From NCBI RefSeq assembly GCF_009914755.1, contig NC_060925.1: 64,000 nt of DNA. One strand, given 5' to 3'. The position numbers were made by a program, and so were the translations under genes. This document shows positions 1 to 16,199 of the stretch, piece by piece. Numbering within the stretch: position 1 is the first letter of the stretch; each line of letters begins with the position of its first letter. The stretch comes from the human T2T-CHM13v2.0 reference genome, Homo sapiens. The notes below the pieces were generated by a model, which was given only the letters and a program-made list of their open reading frames with translations, was not told the DNA's origin and did not search any database.

Positions 1-815
1 CACCAGGACTGTCCTACAAGAAACACTAAAGAGAGTCCTTCAGTCTGAAAGAAAAGGATATTAATGAGCAAAAAGAAATTATCTGAAGGTACAAAACTCA
101 CTGGTAATAGTAAGTACACAGAAAAGCACAGCATATTATAACTGTAATTGTGGTGTATAAACTAATATCTTGAGTAGAAAGACTAAAAGTTGAACCAATA
201 AAAAATGGTAGCTATATTTTTTAAGACAGTACAATAAAATAAATAGAAACAACAAAAAGTTTAAAAGCAGGGGATGAAGTTAAAGTGCAGACTTTTTTAT
301 CAGTTTTCTGTTTTCTTGATTGTTTATGCAATCAACATTAAGTTGTCATCAACTTAAAATAATGGCTGATATTATTCCCAAGCCTCATGGTAACTTCTAA
401 TCAAAAAACATACAATACATCCACAAAAAAAAGCAAGAAAATAAAACCCACCACCTGAGAAAATCACCTTCATGAAAAGATAGAAAGAAATGAAAGAAGG
501 AAGACCACAAAACAACCAGAAAAACAACAAAATGGCAGAAGTCCTTACTTACCAATAATAACATTGAATGTAAATGGACTAACCTCTCCAATCAAAAGTC
601 ACAGAGTAACTAAGTGGATTAAAAATAAACAAGACTCAAAAATCTGTTGCCTACAAGAAACATGCTTCACCTAGAAGGACACACACAGACTGAAAATAAA
701 GGGATAGAAAAAGATATTCCATGCAAATGGAAACTAAAAAACAACAGGAATAGCAGCTATACTTATATCGGACTAAATAGATTTCAAGACAAAAACTATA
801 AAAAGAGAAAAAGTC

Positions 816-1131
<316 letters not shown>

Positions 1132-1277
1132 TCATTAATGATGATAAATGAGTCAAATGATAAGAGTCGATTTAGCCAGAGGATATAACAATTGTAAATA
1201 CATATGCACCCAATGGTAGTGCACCCATATATGTAAAGCAAATATTATTAGTGCTAAAGAGAGAGGGAGATTCCTGG

Positions 1278-1630
<353 letters not shown>

Positions 1631-2135
1631 TCACTTTCAGCACTGGACAGATCATCTGGACAGAAAATAAAGAAACATGGGATTTAATCTACACTACAGA
1701 CCTAACAAATGTTTACAAAACATTTCATCCAACACCTGCAAAATACACATTCTTCTCCTCAGAACATGAATAATTCTTAAGGAAAGACCATAAATTAGAC
1801 CACAAATCAAGTCTTAAAATGTTCAAAAAATTTAAATTATATCAAGTATCTTCTCTGATCACAAGAGAATAAAACTGGAAATCAATAACAAGAGGAATTT
1901 TGGAAACTATACAAACACATGGAAATTTAAAAATATGCTCCTAAATGATCAGCGGGTCAATGAAGAAATGAAGAAGAAAATTGAAAAATTTCTTGAAACA
2001 AATGAAAATGGAAACATAACATACCAAAACCTATGGGATACAGCAAAAGCACTACTAAGAGAAAAGTTTATACCAATAAATGCCACATCAAAAGAACAGA
2101 AAAACTTCAAATAAATAACCTTATGATGCATCTTA

Positions 2136-2243
2136 TGAACCCGGGAGGCGGAGCTTGCAGTGAGCCGAGATCGCGCCACTGCACTCCAGCCTGGGCGACA
2201 GAACGAGACTCCGTCTCAAAAAAAAAAAAAAAAAAAAAAAAAA
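2136..2243 (+). mobile_element. 5'-truncated young AluY (last ~82 nt plus A26)
   Basis: Near-consensus right-arm end with CpGs intact. Confidence 0.92.
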
Positions 2244-5200
2244 GAAATAAAAAAGCAAGAGCAAACCAAGCCTAAAATCAGTAGAAGAAATAATAAAGAT
2301 CAGAATAGAAATAAATGAAATTGAAACAGGAAAAACAATATAAAAGAGAAATGAAATAAAAGCTGGTTTTTTGAAAAGAAAAAAATCAACAGAACTTTAG
2401 ACTAAAAAAAAAGAAAGAAGACTCAAAATCAGATGTAAAAGGAGACATTACAATGGATATTGCTGAAATAGAAAGGATCATTAGAAGCTACTATGAGCAA
2501 TTATATGCCAATAAATTGGAAAACCTAGAAGAAATGGGTAAATTCCTAGACATATACAACCTACCAAGATTGAGCCATGAAGTAATCCAAAACCTGAACA
2601 GACCAGTTACAAGTAATGAGATCAAAGCCATAATAAAAAAGTCTCCCATCAAAGAAAAGCTTGGGATTCCATGGCTTCACGCTTAATTTTACCAAACATA
2701 AACAAGAACTAATACCAATGCTACTCAAACTATCCCAAAAAATAGAGGAGAAGGAAATACTTCCAAACTCATTCTACAAGGACAGTATTACCCTGATACC
2801 AAAATCAGACAAAGATACATCAAAAAAAGACAACTACAGGCCAATATCCCTGATGAACATTGATGCAAAAATCCTCAACAAAATACTAGCAAACTGAATT
2901 CAATAACGCATTAAAAAGGTCATTCATCATGACCAAGAGAGATTTATGCCAGGGATGCAAGGGGTTCAACAAATTATGCAAATTAATCAGTGTGCTGCAT
3001 ATCAACAGAATGAAGGACAAAAAACATACAATCATTTCAACTGACACCTTAAAAACATTTGATAAAATTCAATATGCCTCATGATTAAAAATAAACACCT
3101 CAAGAAACTAGATAGAGAAGGAACATATATCAACACAATAAAAGCCATATAAAACAGACCCACAGCTAGTATAATACCGAATGGGGAAAAACTGAAAGCC
3201 TTTTTTCTAAAATCTGGAATGAGACAAGGATGCTCATTTTCACCACTGTTATTCAACATAGTACTGGAAGTCCTAACTACAGCAATCAGATTCAATCCTT
3301 GCCAGAGCAAAAGAAATAAAGGACATCCAAATTGAAAAGGAAGAAGTCATTGTTTGCAGATGACATAATCTTAAATTTGGAAAAAACTAAAGACTCCATT
3401 AAAAAAACTATTAGAACAGATAAACAAATTCAGTAAAGTTGCAGGATAGAAAATCAACATACAAAAAACCAGTAGCATTTTATATACCAAGAGCAAACAA
3501 TCTGAAAAAGAAATCAAGAAAGCGATTCCATTTGCAATAGCTACAGATAAAATACCTGTGAATTAATTTATCCAAACAAGTGAAATTTCTCTACAATGAA
3601 AGCTACAAAACATTGAGGCAAGAAATAGAAGAGGACACACACAAAAAAGGAAAAGTGTTCCATGCCCATGAGTTAGAAGAATCAATATTATTACAATATC
3701 CAACTACCCAAAGCAATCTACAAATTCAATGCAATCCCTATTAAAATACTAATGGCATGCTTCACAGAAATACAAAAATTAATCCTAAAATTTATATGGA
3801 GCAACAGAAGACCCAGAATAGCCAAAGCTATTCTGAGCAAAAAGAACAGAACTGGAAGAATCACATTATCTGACTTCAAATTATACTACAAAGCTGTAAT
3901 AACCAAAATAGCACGGTACTCACATAAAAACAGACACATAGACCAATAGAATAGAATGGAGAGCCCGGAAATAAATCCATACTTCTAGAGTGAACTCATT
4001 TTTGACAAAGGTATGAAAAACATACATTGGGGAAAGAACAGTCTCTTCAACAAATGGTGCCAGGAAAACTGGATTATCCATATGAAGAAGGATGAAATTA
4101 GACCCCTATCTTGCACCCAACACAAAAATCAAATCAAAATGGATTAAAAACTTAAATCTAATACCTAACTATGAAACCACTAAAAGAAACATTGGGGAAA
4201 CTCTCCAATACATTGGACTGGGCAAAGATTTCTTGAGTAATACCACACAAGTACAGGCAACCAAAGCAAAAATGGACAAATAGCATCATATCAAGTTAAA
4301 AATCTTCTGCATGGCAAAGGAAACAATCAACAAAGAAACAATCTACAGAATAGGAGAAAATATTTGCAAACTATCCCTCTGACAAGGGATTAATAACCAT
4401 AGTAATATATGGAACTCAAACAACTCTATAAGTTAAAAGCTAATAATCTCATTTAAAATGGACAAAAGATCTAAATAGATATTTCTCAAAAGACGACATA
4501 CAAATGGCAAAGAGGTATGTGAAAGATGCTAAACATCACTGATCAGAGAAATGCAAATCAAAATTACAATGAGATATCATGTAACCCCAGTTAAAATGGC
4601 TTTGATCCAAAGGACAAGCAATAACAAATGCTGGTGAGGATGTGGAGGAAAGGGAATCCTCATAAACTCTTGTTAGAAATGGAAATTAGTACAACCTCTG
4701 TGGAGAACGATTTGGAGATTCCTCAAAAAACTAAAAATCGAGCTACCATATGATCCAGCAATCCCACCTGCTAGGTATATTCCCAAAAGAAATAAATCAG
4801 TACATCAAAGAGATATCTGCACTTCCCATATTTATTACAGCACTATTCGCAATAGCCAGCATATGGAATCAACCTAAGTGTGCATCGATGGATGAATGGG
4901 TAAACAAAATGTGGTACACATACACAATGGAATATTATTCAACCATAAAAAAGAATGAAATCCTGTCCTTTGCAACAACATGGATGGAAGTGGAGTCTAT
5001 TCAGTGAAATAAGTCAAGCGCAGAAAGATAAAGATCTCATGTTATTAATCATGTGGGGGCCCAAAAAAATAATTAAACTCATGAAGATAGGGTAGAATTA
5101 CCGTTACCAGAGTCTAGGAATGATAGTAGTGGTGGCAGGCTGGGTGGAATAAAGAGGAGATGGTTAACGGATAAAGAGGATTTGGTAGTAGAGGTGGGGG

Positions 5201-5276
5201 TATATAATGGCTAAAGAGGAGATGGTAGTGGAGGGAGAGATAGAGAGGAAAGGGGGCGATAAAGAAGAGATGGTTC

Positions 5277-5574
5277 GGCCCGGTGCAGTGGCTCACACCT
5301 GTAATCCTAGCACTTTGAGAGGCCAAGGTGAGCAGATCACTTGAAGTCGGGAGTTCGAGACCACCCTGGCTAACATAATGAAAACCCTTCTCTACTAAAA
5401 ATACAAAAATTAGCCCGGTGTAGCAGCGCATGCCTGTAGTTCTGGCTACTCAGGAGGCTGAGGCAGGAGAATCCCTTGAACCTGGGAGGCAGAGGTTGCA
5501 CTGAGCCAAGATCACGCCACTGCGCTCCAGCCTGGGTGACAGACCAAGACTCCATCTCGGGAGAAAAAAAAAAA
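5277..5574 (+). mobile_element. AluS
   Basis: Full dimer; agagatggtt on both flanks. Confidence 0.93.
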
Positions 5575-5879
5575 GAGAGATGGTTAATGGGTAAAAAAAT
5601 TACAGTTAGATAGGAAGAATAGATCCACTATATATTTCAAAATAACTGAAAAATAGAATTTTTTAACACAAAGAAATGATAAACGCTTGAGGTGATGGAT
5701 ACCCCAATTACCCTTATCTGATCATTACACATTGTATACTTGTATCAAAATATCACATGTATCCCATAAATATGTAAATCTATTATGTACCCATAATAAT
5801 TAAAAATAAAACAGTTTTAAGTGGATATTTGTTAAATTACTCTATACTACTCTGAAGGAAAAGTTTCTGAATTAAAACT

Positions 5880-6050
5880 AAAAATATGCATACAAGGAAG
5901 TTCACTGAAGCATTATCTGTAATTACCAAAGACTGGTAACAATCCAAATATCTATCAACAGGGGATAGCTGAATAGGTTTGGATATAGTAATGCAATGGA
6001 ATATAATGCAACCATTAAAAAGAATGAAGGAGACAAATGCTCTTAGGAAA
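5880..6050 (+). mobile_element. Ancient L1 (L1ME-like) 3' fragment
   Basis: caatggaatataatgcaaccattaaaaagaatga motif. Confidence 0.6.
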
Positions 6051-6096
6051 ATATACCTATTATATTGATGAGTGGGTTAAAAAAATCAAGTGAATT

Positions 6097-7590
<1,494 letters not shown>

Positions 7591-7595
7591 TTTAA

Positions 7596-7884
7596 GGCCA
7601 GGTACAGTGGCTCACACCTGTATTCCCAGAACTTTAGGAGGCTGAGGTAGGAAGACCGCTTGAGCCCAGGAGTTTGAGACCAGCCTGGACAACACAGTGA
7701 GACCCCCATCTCTACAAAAAAATGGAAAAATTAGGCATGGTGGCATGTACCTGTAGTCCCCACCTACTTGGGAGGCTGAGGTGAGAGGATCTCTTGAGCC
7801 TGGGAGGTCGAGGCTCCAGTGAGTCATGACCACACCACTGAGCTCTAGCCTGGGCAGCAGAGTGAGCTCTTGTCTTAAAAAAAA
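7596..7884 (+). mobile_element. AluJ
   Basis: AluJ diagnostics (gcttgagcccaggagtttgag, gaggtcgaggct). Confidence 0.9.
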
Positions 7885-8121
7885 ATTTTTTTTTAATGTG
7901 GAAAAAGTACACAAATGCTTATAACGAAACACATAAACTTTAAAAAATGGTTACTTGCAAGAAACGATGGGTATTTCATGTTTTACTTTATATACGTCTT
8001 TAGTTTTAAAGTCTGATTTTTAAAAACTGATTTCTGAAAATTGAGAAAGCTTCTAGAAAGTGATATAAAGAGCCAAACGTCAAAATCTAATATTAAACTA
8101 ATACTTGTTGAAGATTTATTG

Positions 8122-8414
8122 CAAATTGAGTATCTTTTTTCCAAAATGCTCGGGACCAAAAATTCTGGATGTTTTTGGATTTTGGAATATTTGCATGTAA
8201 TATCTTGGGAATGGAACCCAAGTCTAAACAAAAAATTCATTTTTGTTTCATGTATACTTTATATACATAGCCTAAAGGTAATATCATCAATATTTTTAAT
8301 AATATTGTGCATGAAACAGTTTGTGTACACTGAACCATCAGAAAGCAAAAGTGTCACTAACTCATTCCAGTGTTCAAAAAGTTTTGGATTTTCACATTAG
8401 GGATGCTCAACCTG
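8122..8414. mobile_element. Tigger4/Zombi-type (MER46-like) non-autonomous DNA transposon
   Basis: Decayed TIRs caaattgagtatc... / ...gggatgctcaacctg followed by TA. Confidence 0.75.
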
Positions 8415-9009
8415 TATATGCCATAGGGTTCATATTAAGAATCTCTGTCACTCTTCACAAATCTATGAGTACATATTATCCTCATTTCAAATTACTATTG
8501 CTATTTCAAGAGAAGAAAGAGGAGGAAATAGAAGCTTTTAGGAAATGACTTGCCTGACATCACACAGGTAAAATAAGTTGCCAAATAGACTGTAACCTTT
8601 AATGCTGTTTCAGCACACTATCCCTGTAACTGAGGGGAAAACTGCAGAACATACATATGGCATTTACCAGATGTACCATCTAATTCTACTTATAATGAGA
8701 TGGTATCATGAGCTTTGAGCTGGAATACCCACCCCCCAGGACATGCCTACATGGTCGTGCCTACGCTCCAGCTATCACAATTGCATATCTCAGATTACAT
8801 CTTGACCTGGCTTCCTCACGGGGAAGGTTTCAGAGATGATGTGATGGGGAAAGATGGTGTCCCTTCCACATCTTCCCCGCAGTAATCCCATGGAGAGAGA
8901 GGCCAGGCTGGCAGCATGGAGTGATCCCAGGCAGACCAAACCCAGCAGAGTCACTCCCGCATGGAAGCCACACAGCAAATCCTGCTGAGCGGGACTGCTG
9001 CTCTCTCCT

Positions 9010-9411
9010 ACAAACTGAGACTTTCCTCCTTATAAGGGCACCAGGAGTTACAGCAGCAAAAATCTCAGAAGTGCATCCCTCAGATCCCCTTTTAAGAAGG
9101 ATTCTCTGCCCAGCTTCAGGGACTGCAATTAGCTGACAGCCTCCAGCTGCTGGTTCCTAAGGGACAGAAAGCTGAGCTTCCAGTGAGCACCCACCCACGA
9201 CAAAGCAAGAAGGTGGCTAAGGGCCTGGTCATTTTTGCCCTATATGGGACTTATCTAGCTGGCAATCTTTGCTGGTGGCCTTCCTGTCAGGCTGGTAGAG
9301 CCTCTGTGGATCTGCCCTGTGGCCTGATACTACCCCTGCCCAGTGCTGCTTCCTACCTGTTTTCACAGGTGTTAGCTCTGTGTCTGCATCTCAGAGAATC
9401 CAACCTGTGTC
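9010..9411 (+). mobile_element. LTR16-like ERVL solo LTR
   Basis: agctgacagcctccagctgc core and end agaatccaacctgtgtca. Confidence 0.55.
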
Positions 9412-9619
9412 AAAGGTCCTCCAGCCTAACTTATGCAGTGACATAAGGTATTTTTAAGATCAGAGATTAACTGGGTTTCCTTTGCTGAGAAGGGGGAGAT
9501 TTCAGCATCCCCTACCCGGTCTAAAGCCAGAAAGCCTGGTCGCCCTCATATAAGCAGTAGCAGGGGGCTAGGAAGAAGAAACAACGTCCAGAAGGAATTG
9601 CCCCAAATGAGAAACAGGA

Positions 9620-9735
9620 TAGGTTGAGAGTCAGGTAAACCTGGTTCTCATTCCAGAGTCCACCACTTACCACCAGGTGACCTCGAACAAGTCAGTGAAC
9701 TACCCTATGCCTCTGTTTCCTCCTCTGTAAAACCG
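9620..9735 (+). mobile_element. MIR
   Basis: Core ccacttacc...gtgacctcgaacaagtc...ctctgtttcctcctctgtaaaa. Confidence 0.75.
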
Positions 9736-10214
9736 CTCCAGGTTTAGAGGATTAGAGGAGACAAGAAGCACAGAATGTGGTACACAGTACTTGCTTCCTT
9801 CTTTTCTTGAATCAGTCTAGAAAGGAGATACGAGTTCTACAGTAAGAACTAAGGCCAGATTGCCTTAGCTCAGGAAAGAGGAACAGCCTAACAAGGAGAT
9901 AAACCGGCTTTGAAAACAACATGTGTAATCTATTTAAATACAAAATTGCTATTCTCAGTCCACCTGTGCTTTGTGTCAATTTTTTCCTAGCAGTGGGAGA
10001 GGTTTCACTGAAGTCTCCATACTCTTATTCAGTCTCCATTTGATCAATGAGAAAACAGGACAAAATATCAGCTATGAGCTATGGATGGAGAACACATTTT
10101 TCTGTTTAGAACTTCCTACCAACTTCCAATTTCCAATACGTCATGTAAATGCCTTAGAAGCCATCACTCTCTTCTAATAACAAAGTAAAAAGCTGAACAA
10201 TCTGAAAAATCAAC

Positions 10215-10510
10215 TTTTTTGTTTTTTTTTTGAGACGGAGTCTTGCTCTGTCGCCCAGGCTGGAGTGCAGTGGCACAATCTTGGCTCACTGCAACCTCCG
10301 CCTCCCAGGTTCTAGTGATTCTTCTGCCTCAGCCTGCTGAGCAGCTAGGACTATAGGCACATGCCATCATGCCCGGCTAATTTTTGTATTTTTAGTAGAG
10401 ACGAGGTTTCACCATATTGGCCAGGCTCATCTTGAACCCCTGACCTTGTGATCCACCTGCCTCAGCATCCCAAAGTGCTGGGATTACAGGCGTGAGCCAC
10501 TGCGCCTGGC
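10215..10510 (-). mobile_element. AluS (Sc/Sg-like)
   Basis: Poly-T followed by reverse Alu dimer. Confidence 0.93.
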
Positions 10511-11537
10511 AACAACTCTTCTTAGATACATCAGAGAAGTGAGTGCACAGGGCAAAATGATACCTCCAAAGCTAGAAAGACAGACTGGTGAATACAGAGA
10601 ATCACAACTGGCCCGAGCAGACAGGCATGAACAGAAACCTCCACAGGAACCAGTGCTGGGTAGGAAAATCTAAACTGTAACTGAAAAATTGCTGTAGGCT
10701 GTGTGGACAAGTCTGAGCATTAAAAACTCCAGGGAGGAACCATTCATAGGAAGTCGCTTACACTTTGTGAATTTTACCTCCGGGAACTATCCAGGTTCTC
10801 ACAGTGAAGACGGAAGAAAAATCCCCTTGTGCTTCCGGCAGCAGGAGGAGAAAGGGAACCATGTTTATATACACCAGAGCATTCTGTTCTTAACAAGGCC
10901 TGACCTCAGGAGAAACTATTTAACCAGAGCCTAACTAACTGATTGGAGGAAAGGAAATACCCATCTCCAGCCAGCTCTAGCCACCCTGTCCCTGCCAAGG
11001 GGTGAGGGGAGGAATGAAAAGAACTCGTGAAATTCATAGCCCGGGGCACAGACTCACTAAAAACTGAGACCTAATCACAGAACTATAGAACATTCCTCCC
11101 CCACCCCCCACCCTACCATCACATTACTAAATGCCCTATTTACCTAGCACATGACAGCTGACTTTCAACAAAAAGTCACAAGGCATATTGAAAGGCAAAA
11201 ACACAGTTTGAAGAGACAGAGTAAGCATCAGAACCAGACCCAGGTATGGCAGGGATGTTGGAATTATCAGACTGGGAATTTAAAACAACTATGATTAATT
11301 TTTTAAGGGCTCTAATAGATAAAAGTGGACAATATGCAAGAACAGATAGAACTCTAAGAACCAAAACAAAATGCTGGAGATAAGAAACACTGTAATTGAA
11401 ATAAAGAATGTCTTTGGTGGATTCATTAGTAAACTGAACACAGCTGAGGAAAGAATCTCTGTGCTTGAGGACATGTCAATAGAGACCTCCAAAACTGAAA
11501 AGCAAAGAGAACAAAAAAAGACCGGAAAAAAAATTTG

Positions 11538-11718
11538 TGGCTACAAAATTATTACAGTACTACAGTATACACAACAGTTAGTTATGCAGTTATGATTTAA
11601 TATTGCATCTTTACATCTGTAAGTGTTCTGTGCTTATGTGTATAAGTTTTGATGAATTTTAACTTTTTATAATGGATTTGTTTATATTTTACGGTAGTAA
11701 GTGATAAAATAGGCTATT
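11538..11718 (+). mobile_element. Internal Tigger2 fragment without TIRs
   Basis: Homologous to 13316-13487 (gttatgcagttatgatttaat...attttaactttttataat). Confidence 0.8.
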
Positions 11719-11959
11719 TTAGAGAATATGATAAAATGTTCCCTAAAACATTTCAGAAAACAGAATATTCAAGAATTGTGGGACAACTACAAAAGGTATA
11801 ACATACACATAATGAGAATATCAGAAGGAAAAGTAAGACAAGAACAAAAGAAATATTCAAAGCAATAATCACTGAGAATTTTCCCAAATTAATGTCACCC
11901 ACCAAACCTCAGATCACAGAAGTGCAGAAAACACCAACTCAGATAAATACCACAAAAAC

Positions 11960-12285
<326 letters not shown>

Positions 12286-12357
12286 TCCAGTCATATCATA
12301 TTCAAACTGCAGAATATCTAAGATAACCAAAAAATTCCTTTAAAAACTCAGAGGGGA

Positions 12358-12651
12358 GGCCAGGTGTGGTGGCTCACATCTGTAATCCCAGCACTTTGGG
12401 AGGCCAAGGCAGGCAGATCACTTCAGGTCAGGAGTTGGAGACCAGCCCGGCCAACATGGCGAAACCCCGTCTCTACTAAAAATACAAAAAGTAGCCAGGC
12501 ATGGTGACGGGTGCCTGTAATCCCAGCTACAGGAGGCTGAGACAGGAGAATCGCTTGAACCCAGGAGGTGGAGGTTGCAGTGAGCCAAGATCATGCAATT
12601 GTTCTCCAGTCTGGGGGACAGAGCGAGACTCCATCTCAAAAAAAAAAAAAA
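12358..12651 (+). mobile_element. AluS
   Basis: Full dimer with poly-A. Confidence 0.93.
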
Positions 12652-12701
12652 TTAGGAAAAAAAAAATCACCTAGCCTAAAAAGAAGGAAAGATAAGAATT
12701 A

Positions 12702-13675
12702 CAGTTGGCCCTTGAACAATGCAGGAGTTAGGGACACCGATGCCCCCACACAGTCAAATCTACATATAACTTTTGACTCTAAAAATTTACTAATAGCCTA
12801 CTACTGACCAGAAGCCTTACCAATAATATAAAGTCAATTAACACATCTTTTGTATGTTATTTTGTATTACATACTGTATTCTTACAACAAAGCTACAGAA
12901 AATAAAATGTTACTAACAAAATCATAAGGAAGGAAAATACATTCACAGTAATGTACTGTATTTATCAATACCATAAATTTATATCATCTGTTTCCAATAT
13001 GAATAGTCTGTCTGAAATGGCAGGCAACCGCAGCTGCAGACCCCAATCTATGATACATATGAAGCAATCTAACTTTTTCTTGTAACTAGTGCCACCTCGT
13101 ATGGGTCCCCCAGTGTTATCAAGGTTTATGATATTCTACTAAACACGATAAAAAAAAACATGCTAGAGATTCTTGATGAGAACCTTGAGAGATCACTTTT
13201 TACTGCTATATAAAATTTACTAGAGAGAAGAACTGTTCAGGATGAGAGGATTAGCGTCACAACATTTAAGTGGACACTCACGATACTTGAGTTCACAGCA
13301 AGAACAACAGGAAGTTGCTACAAAACTATTACAGTAGTAAAGTGTATACTTTAGTTCATGTTATGCAGTTATGATTTAATACTGCATCTTTACGTCTGTA
13401 AATGTTGTTTGTGTGGAAACGTTTTTATAAATTTTAACTTTTTATAATAGATTTGTTTATATTTTACGATAATAATAAAATAGACTAGTGTCTACATATA
13501 TTTTATGCATTCATGACATACCTAATTTTTTCAATATTTCTAGGCTATGCAGTTGGTCTGCATGTTTTTCAAGTCATTGTAAATCTCCAAAAAATTTTCA
13601 GTATACTTATTGAAAAACAATCCACATATTAGTGGACTCACATAGTTCAAACCCATGTTATTCAAGGGTCAACTG
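12702..13675 (+). mobile_element. Tigger2-family internally deleted DNA transposon
   Basis: TIRs cagttggcccttgaacaa / ttattcaagggtcaactg; TA duplication at 12700-12701 and 13676-13677; the L1 resumes seamlessly. Confidence 0.9.
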
Positions 13676-13810
13676 TACATCCAACTTCTCAGAAACCATG
13701 CAAGCAAGAAGATAAGTGGAGTGAGGTATTTAAAGAGTTGGGAGGAAAAAAAAACCCACCAACCTAGAATTTTGGGCCCTGTGAAATTATCCTTCAAAAG
13801 TGAAGGAAAA

Positions 13811-14104
13811 GGCCAGGCAGAGTGGCTCACACCTGTAATCCCAGCACTTTGGGAGGCGGAGGTGGGAGGATCACCTGAGGTCAGGAGTTCAAGACCAGCC
13901 TGGCCAGCATGGTGAAACCCCATCTCTACTAAAATTACAAAAATTAGCCGTGCATGGTGGCACACACCTGTAATCCCAGCTACTCAGGAGGCCAAGGCAA
14001 GAGAATCACTTGAACCTGGGAGGTGGAGATTGCAGTGAGCCAAGATCATGCTACTGCACTCCAGCCTGGGCGGCAGAGGGAGAATCCATCTCCAAATAAA
14101 AAAA
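13811..14104 (+). mobile_element. AluSx-like
   Basis: Full dimer; aaggaaaa on both flanks. Confidence 0.93.
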
Positions 14105-15889
14105 GGAAAAATAGACTTTCTCAGACAAAAATGGAGTGAATTTGTTGCCAGTAGACCTGCCTTGCAAGAAATGTCAAAAGAAGTCCTTCAGAGGGATTGA
14201 GAATGATATAGGTCAGACACTCAGAGGTACATCAAGAAACAAACAGCATCAGAGAAGGAATAAGTGAAGGTAAAATGAAATTTTTATTTTACTTATTTTT
14301 AACTAATCTAACAGATGACAGTTCAATGAAAAATAACATGTATTCAATTATGCTTGTATATGTGTGTTTGTGTTTATGTATATGTGAAATTAGTTAAAGC
14401 AATGATACAAGGAATGAGAGGAATTAGGAATATCTTCCTATTATAAGGTACTTAGTATAGTATTATTTGAAAGAGGTTTGGATTAGTTGTAAATGTATTT
14501 TGCAAACTTTAGGGCAACCACTGAAAAAAAAATTTTTTTTGCATTTTGATTGCTGCTAAGGAAGGAGAAAAAGTTGAATCACATAAAATGCTCAGTTAAA
14601 ACCAAAAAAGGCAGAAAAAGAATGGAAGACAAAATAAGAAGAAAAAGGGCAATGAATAGAAAAAAGCAACAAATACCAGAGATATTAATTCAACTATATC
14701 AATAATCACTTTAAACTTCAGTGGTCTAAATATACAAAAGACACAGACTGTCAGACCGGATGAAAAAACAAGACCCAACTATATGTCGTCTACAGAAAGT
14801 CACTTTAAATATGAAGACACATATTGATTAAAAAGTAAAGAGATGGAGAAAGATATATCATGCTAAAAGTAATCAAAGGAAAGCAGGAGTAGCTGTATTA
14901 ATTTCAGACAGAGCAGACTTCAAAGCAAGAAAAGTTATCAGAAACAGAGAGGGGCATTATAATGATAAAAGAGTCAATTCTCAAAAAAGACATAATCTTT
15001 AACATCTGCACATCTAACAATAGAGCATCAAAAAATGTCAGGAAAAAATTGATACAACTGCAAGGAAAAATAGATGAATTCATTATTATAGTTGAAGACT
15101 TCAATGCCTCTCTATCAGATATGGACAGATTTAGCAGGCAGAAAATCAGTAAGGATATAGTTGAACTCAATAATACCATCAATCAACTGGATATAATGAA
15201 CATGTAGAGACTACTTTGTCCAACAATAGCAGAAATCACATTCTCTCAAGGTCACATGGAACATTCACTAAGATAGGCCACATTCTGGGCCATGTAACAC
15301 ACCTTAACAAACAAATAGAAATCATACAATGTCTGCTCTCAGGCCACAGTGGAATTAAACTAGAAATCAGTTAGAGAAAACAGCTAGAAAATCCAAAAAT
15401 ACTTGGAGACTAAACAACACACTTCTAAATAATACATAGGCCAAAGAATATATCTCAAGAGAAAATAAAATATATTTTAACTAAATGAAAAAGAGAATAC
15501 AAATTAAAATTCGTGGCATGCAGCAAAAGCAGTGTTTAGAGGGAAATTTTTAGCATTAAATGCATATACTAGAAAAGAAAAAAATCAAAAATCAATAAGC
15601 TTCTGCTTTAGGAAACTAAAAAATTAAAGCAAATTAAATCCAAAGTAAGCAGAAGAAAAGAACAAAAATTGGAGCAGAAAGCAATGAAATTGAAAACAAA
15701 AAGTCAATAGAAAAAAATCAACAAAACCAAAAGCTCATTCTTTGAAAAAAATCAATAAAAATCAATAAGCCTCTAGCCAGGCTAACTAAAACATACTAGC
15801 CCCTGAGATGAGACCCAGATGTTTGCCTTATATTGGCAATCAATGAGCAACCACTTATGCCAGACCAGTAGACTAAAACTCATTGTTTC

Positions 15890-16085
15890 CTTTCTTTCAT
15901 TCATTCCACCAATTAAAAAAAAAAAAAAAAAAAAACCTTAATACTGAGTAACTACTATGTGCCAAACACCATTCTAAGTGCTTGAGATTTATCACTGAAT
16001 AAACACAATAAGTAAGTAAACTGTATGTTACATTAGAAGGTATCAAGTGGAAGAAAACATAGATCAGATTAAAAAGAGGACTAGG
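15890..16085 (-). mobile_element. L2 3' fragment (continues ~16815-16940)
   Basis: ttcattcattc...ctactatgtgccaaacaccattctaagtgct. Confidence 0.65.
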
Positions 16086-16199
16086 AGTTATAATTTTTCC
16101 TTAATTTGGTATAAATTTATATATATATAATACTATTAGTTTCATCCCTTTCTTATCCTCTTACATAACATAAATATATTAATAATAGTTAATTTTATA

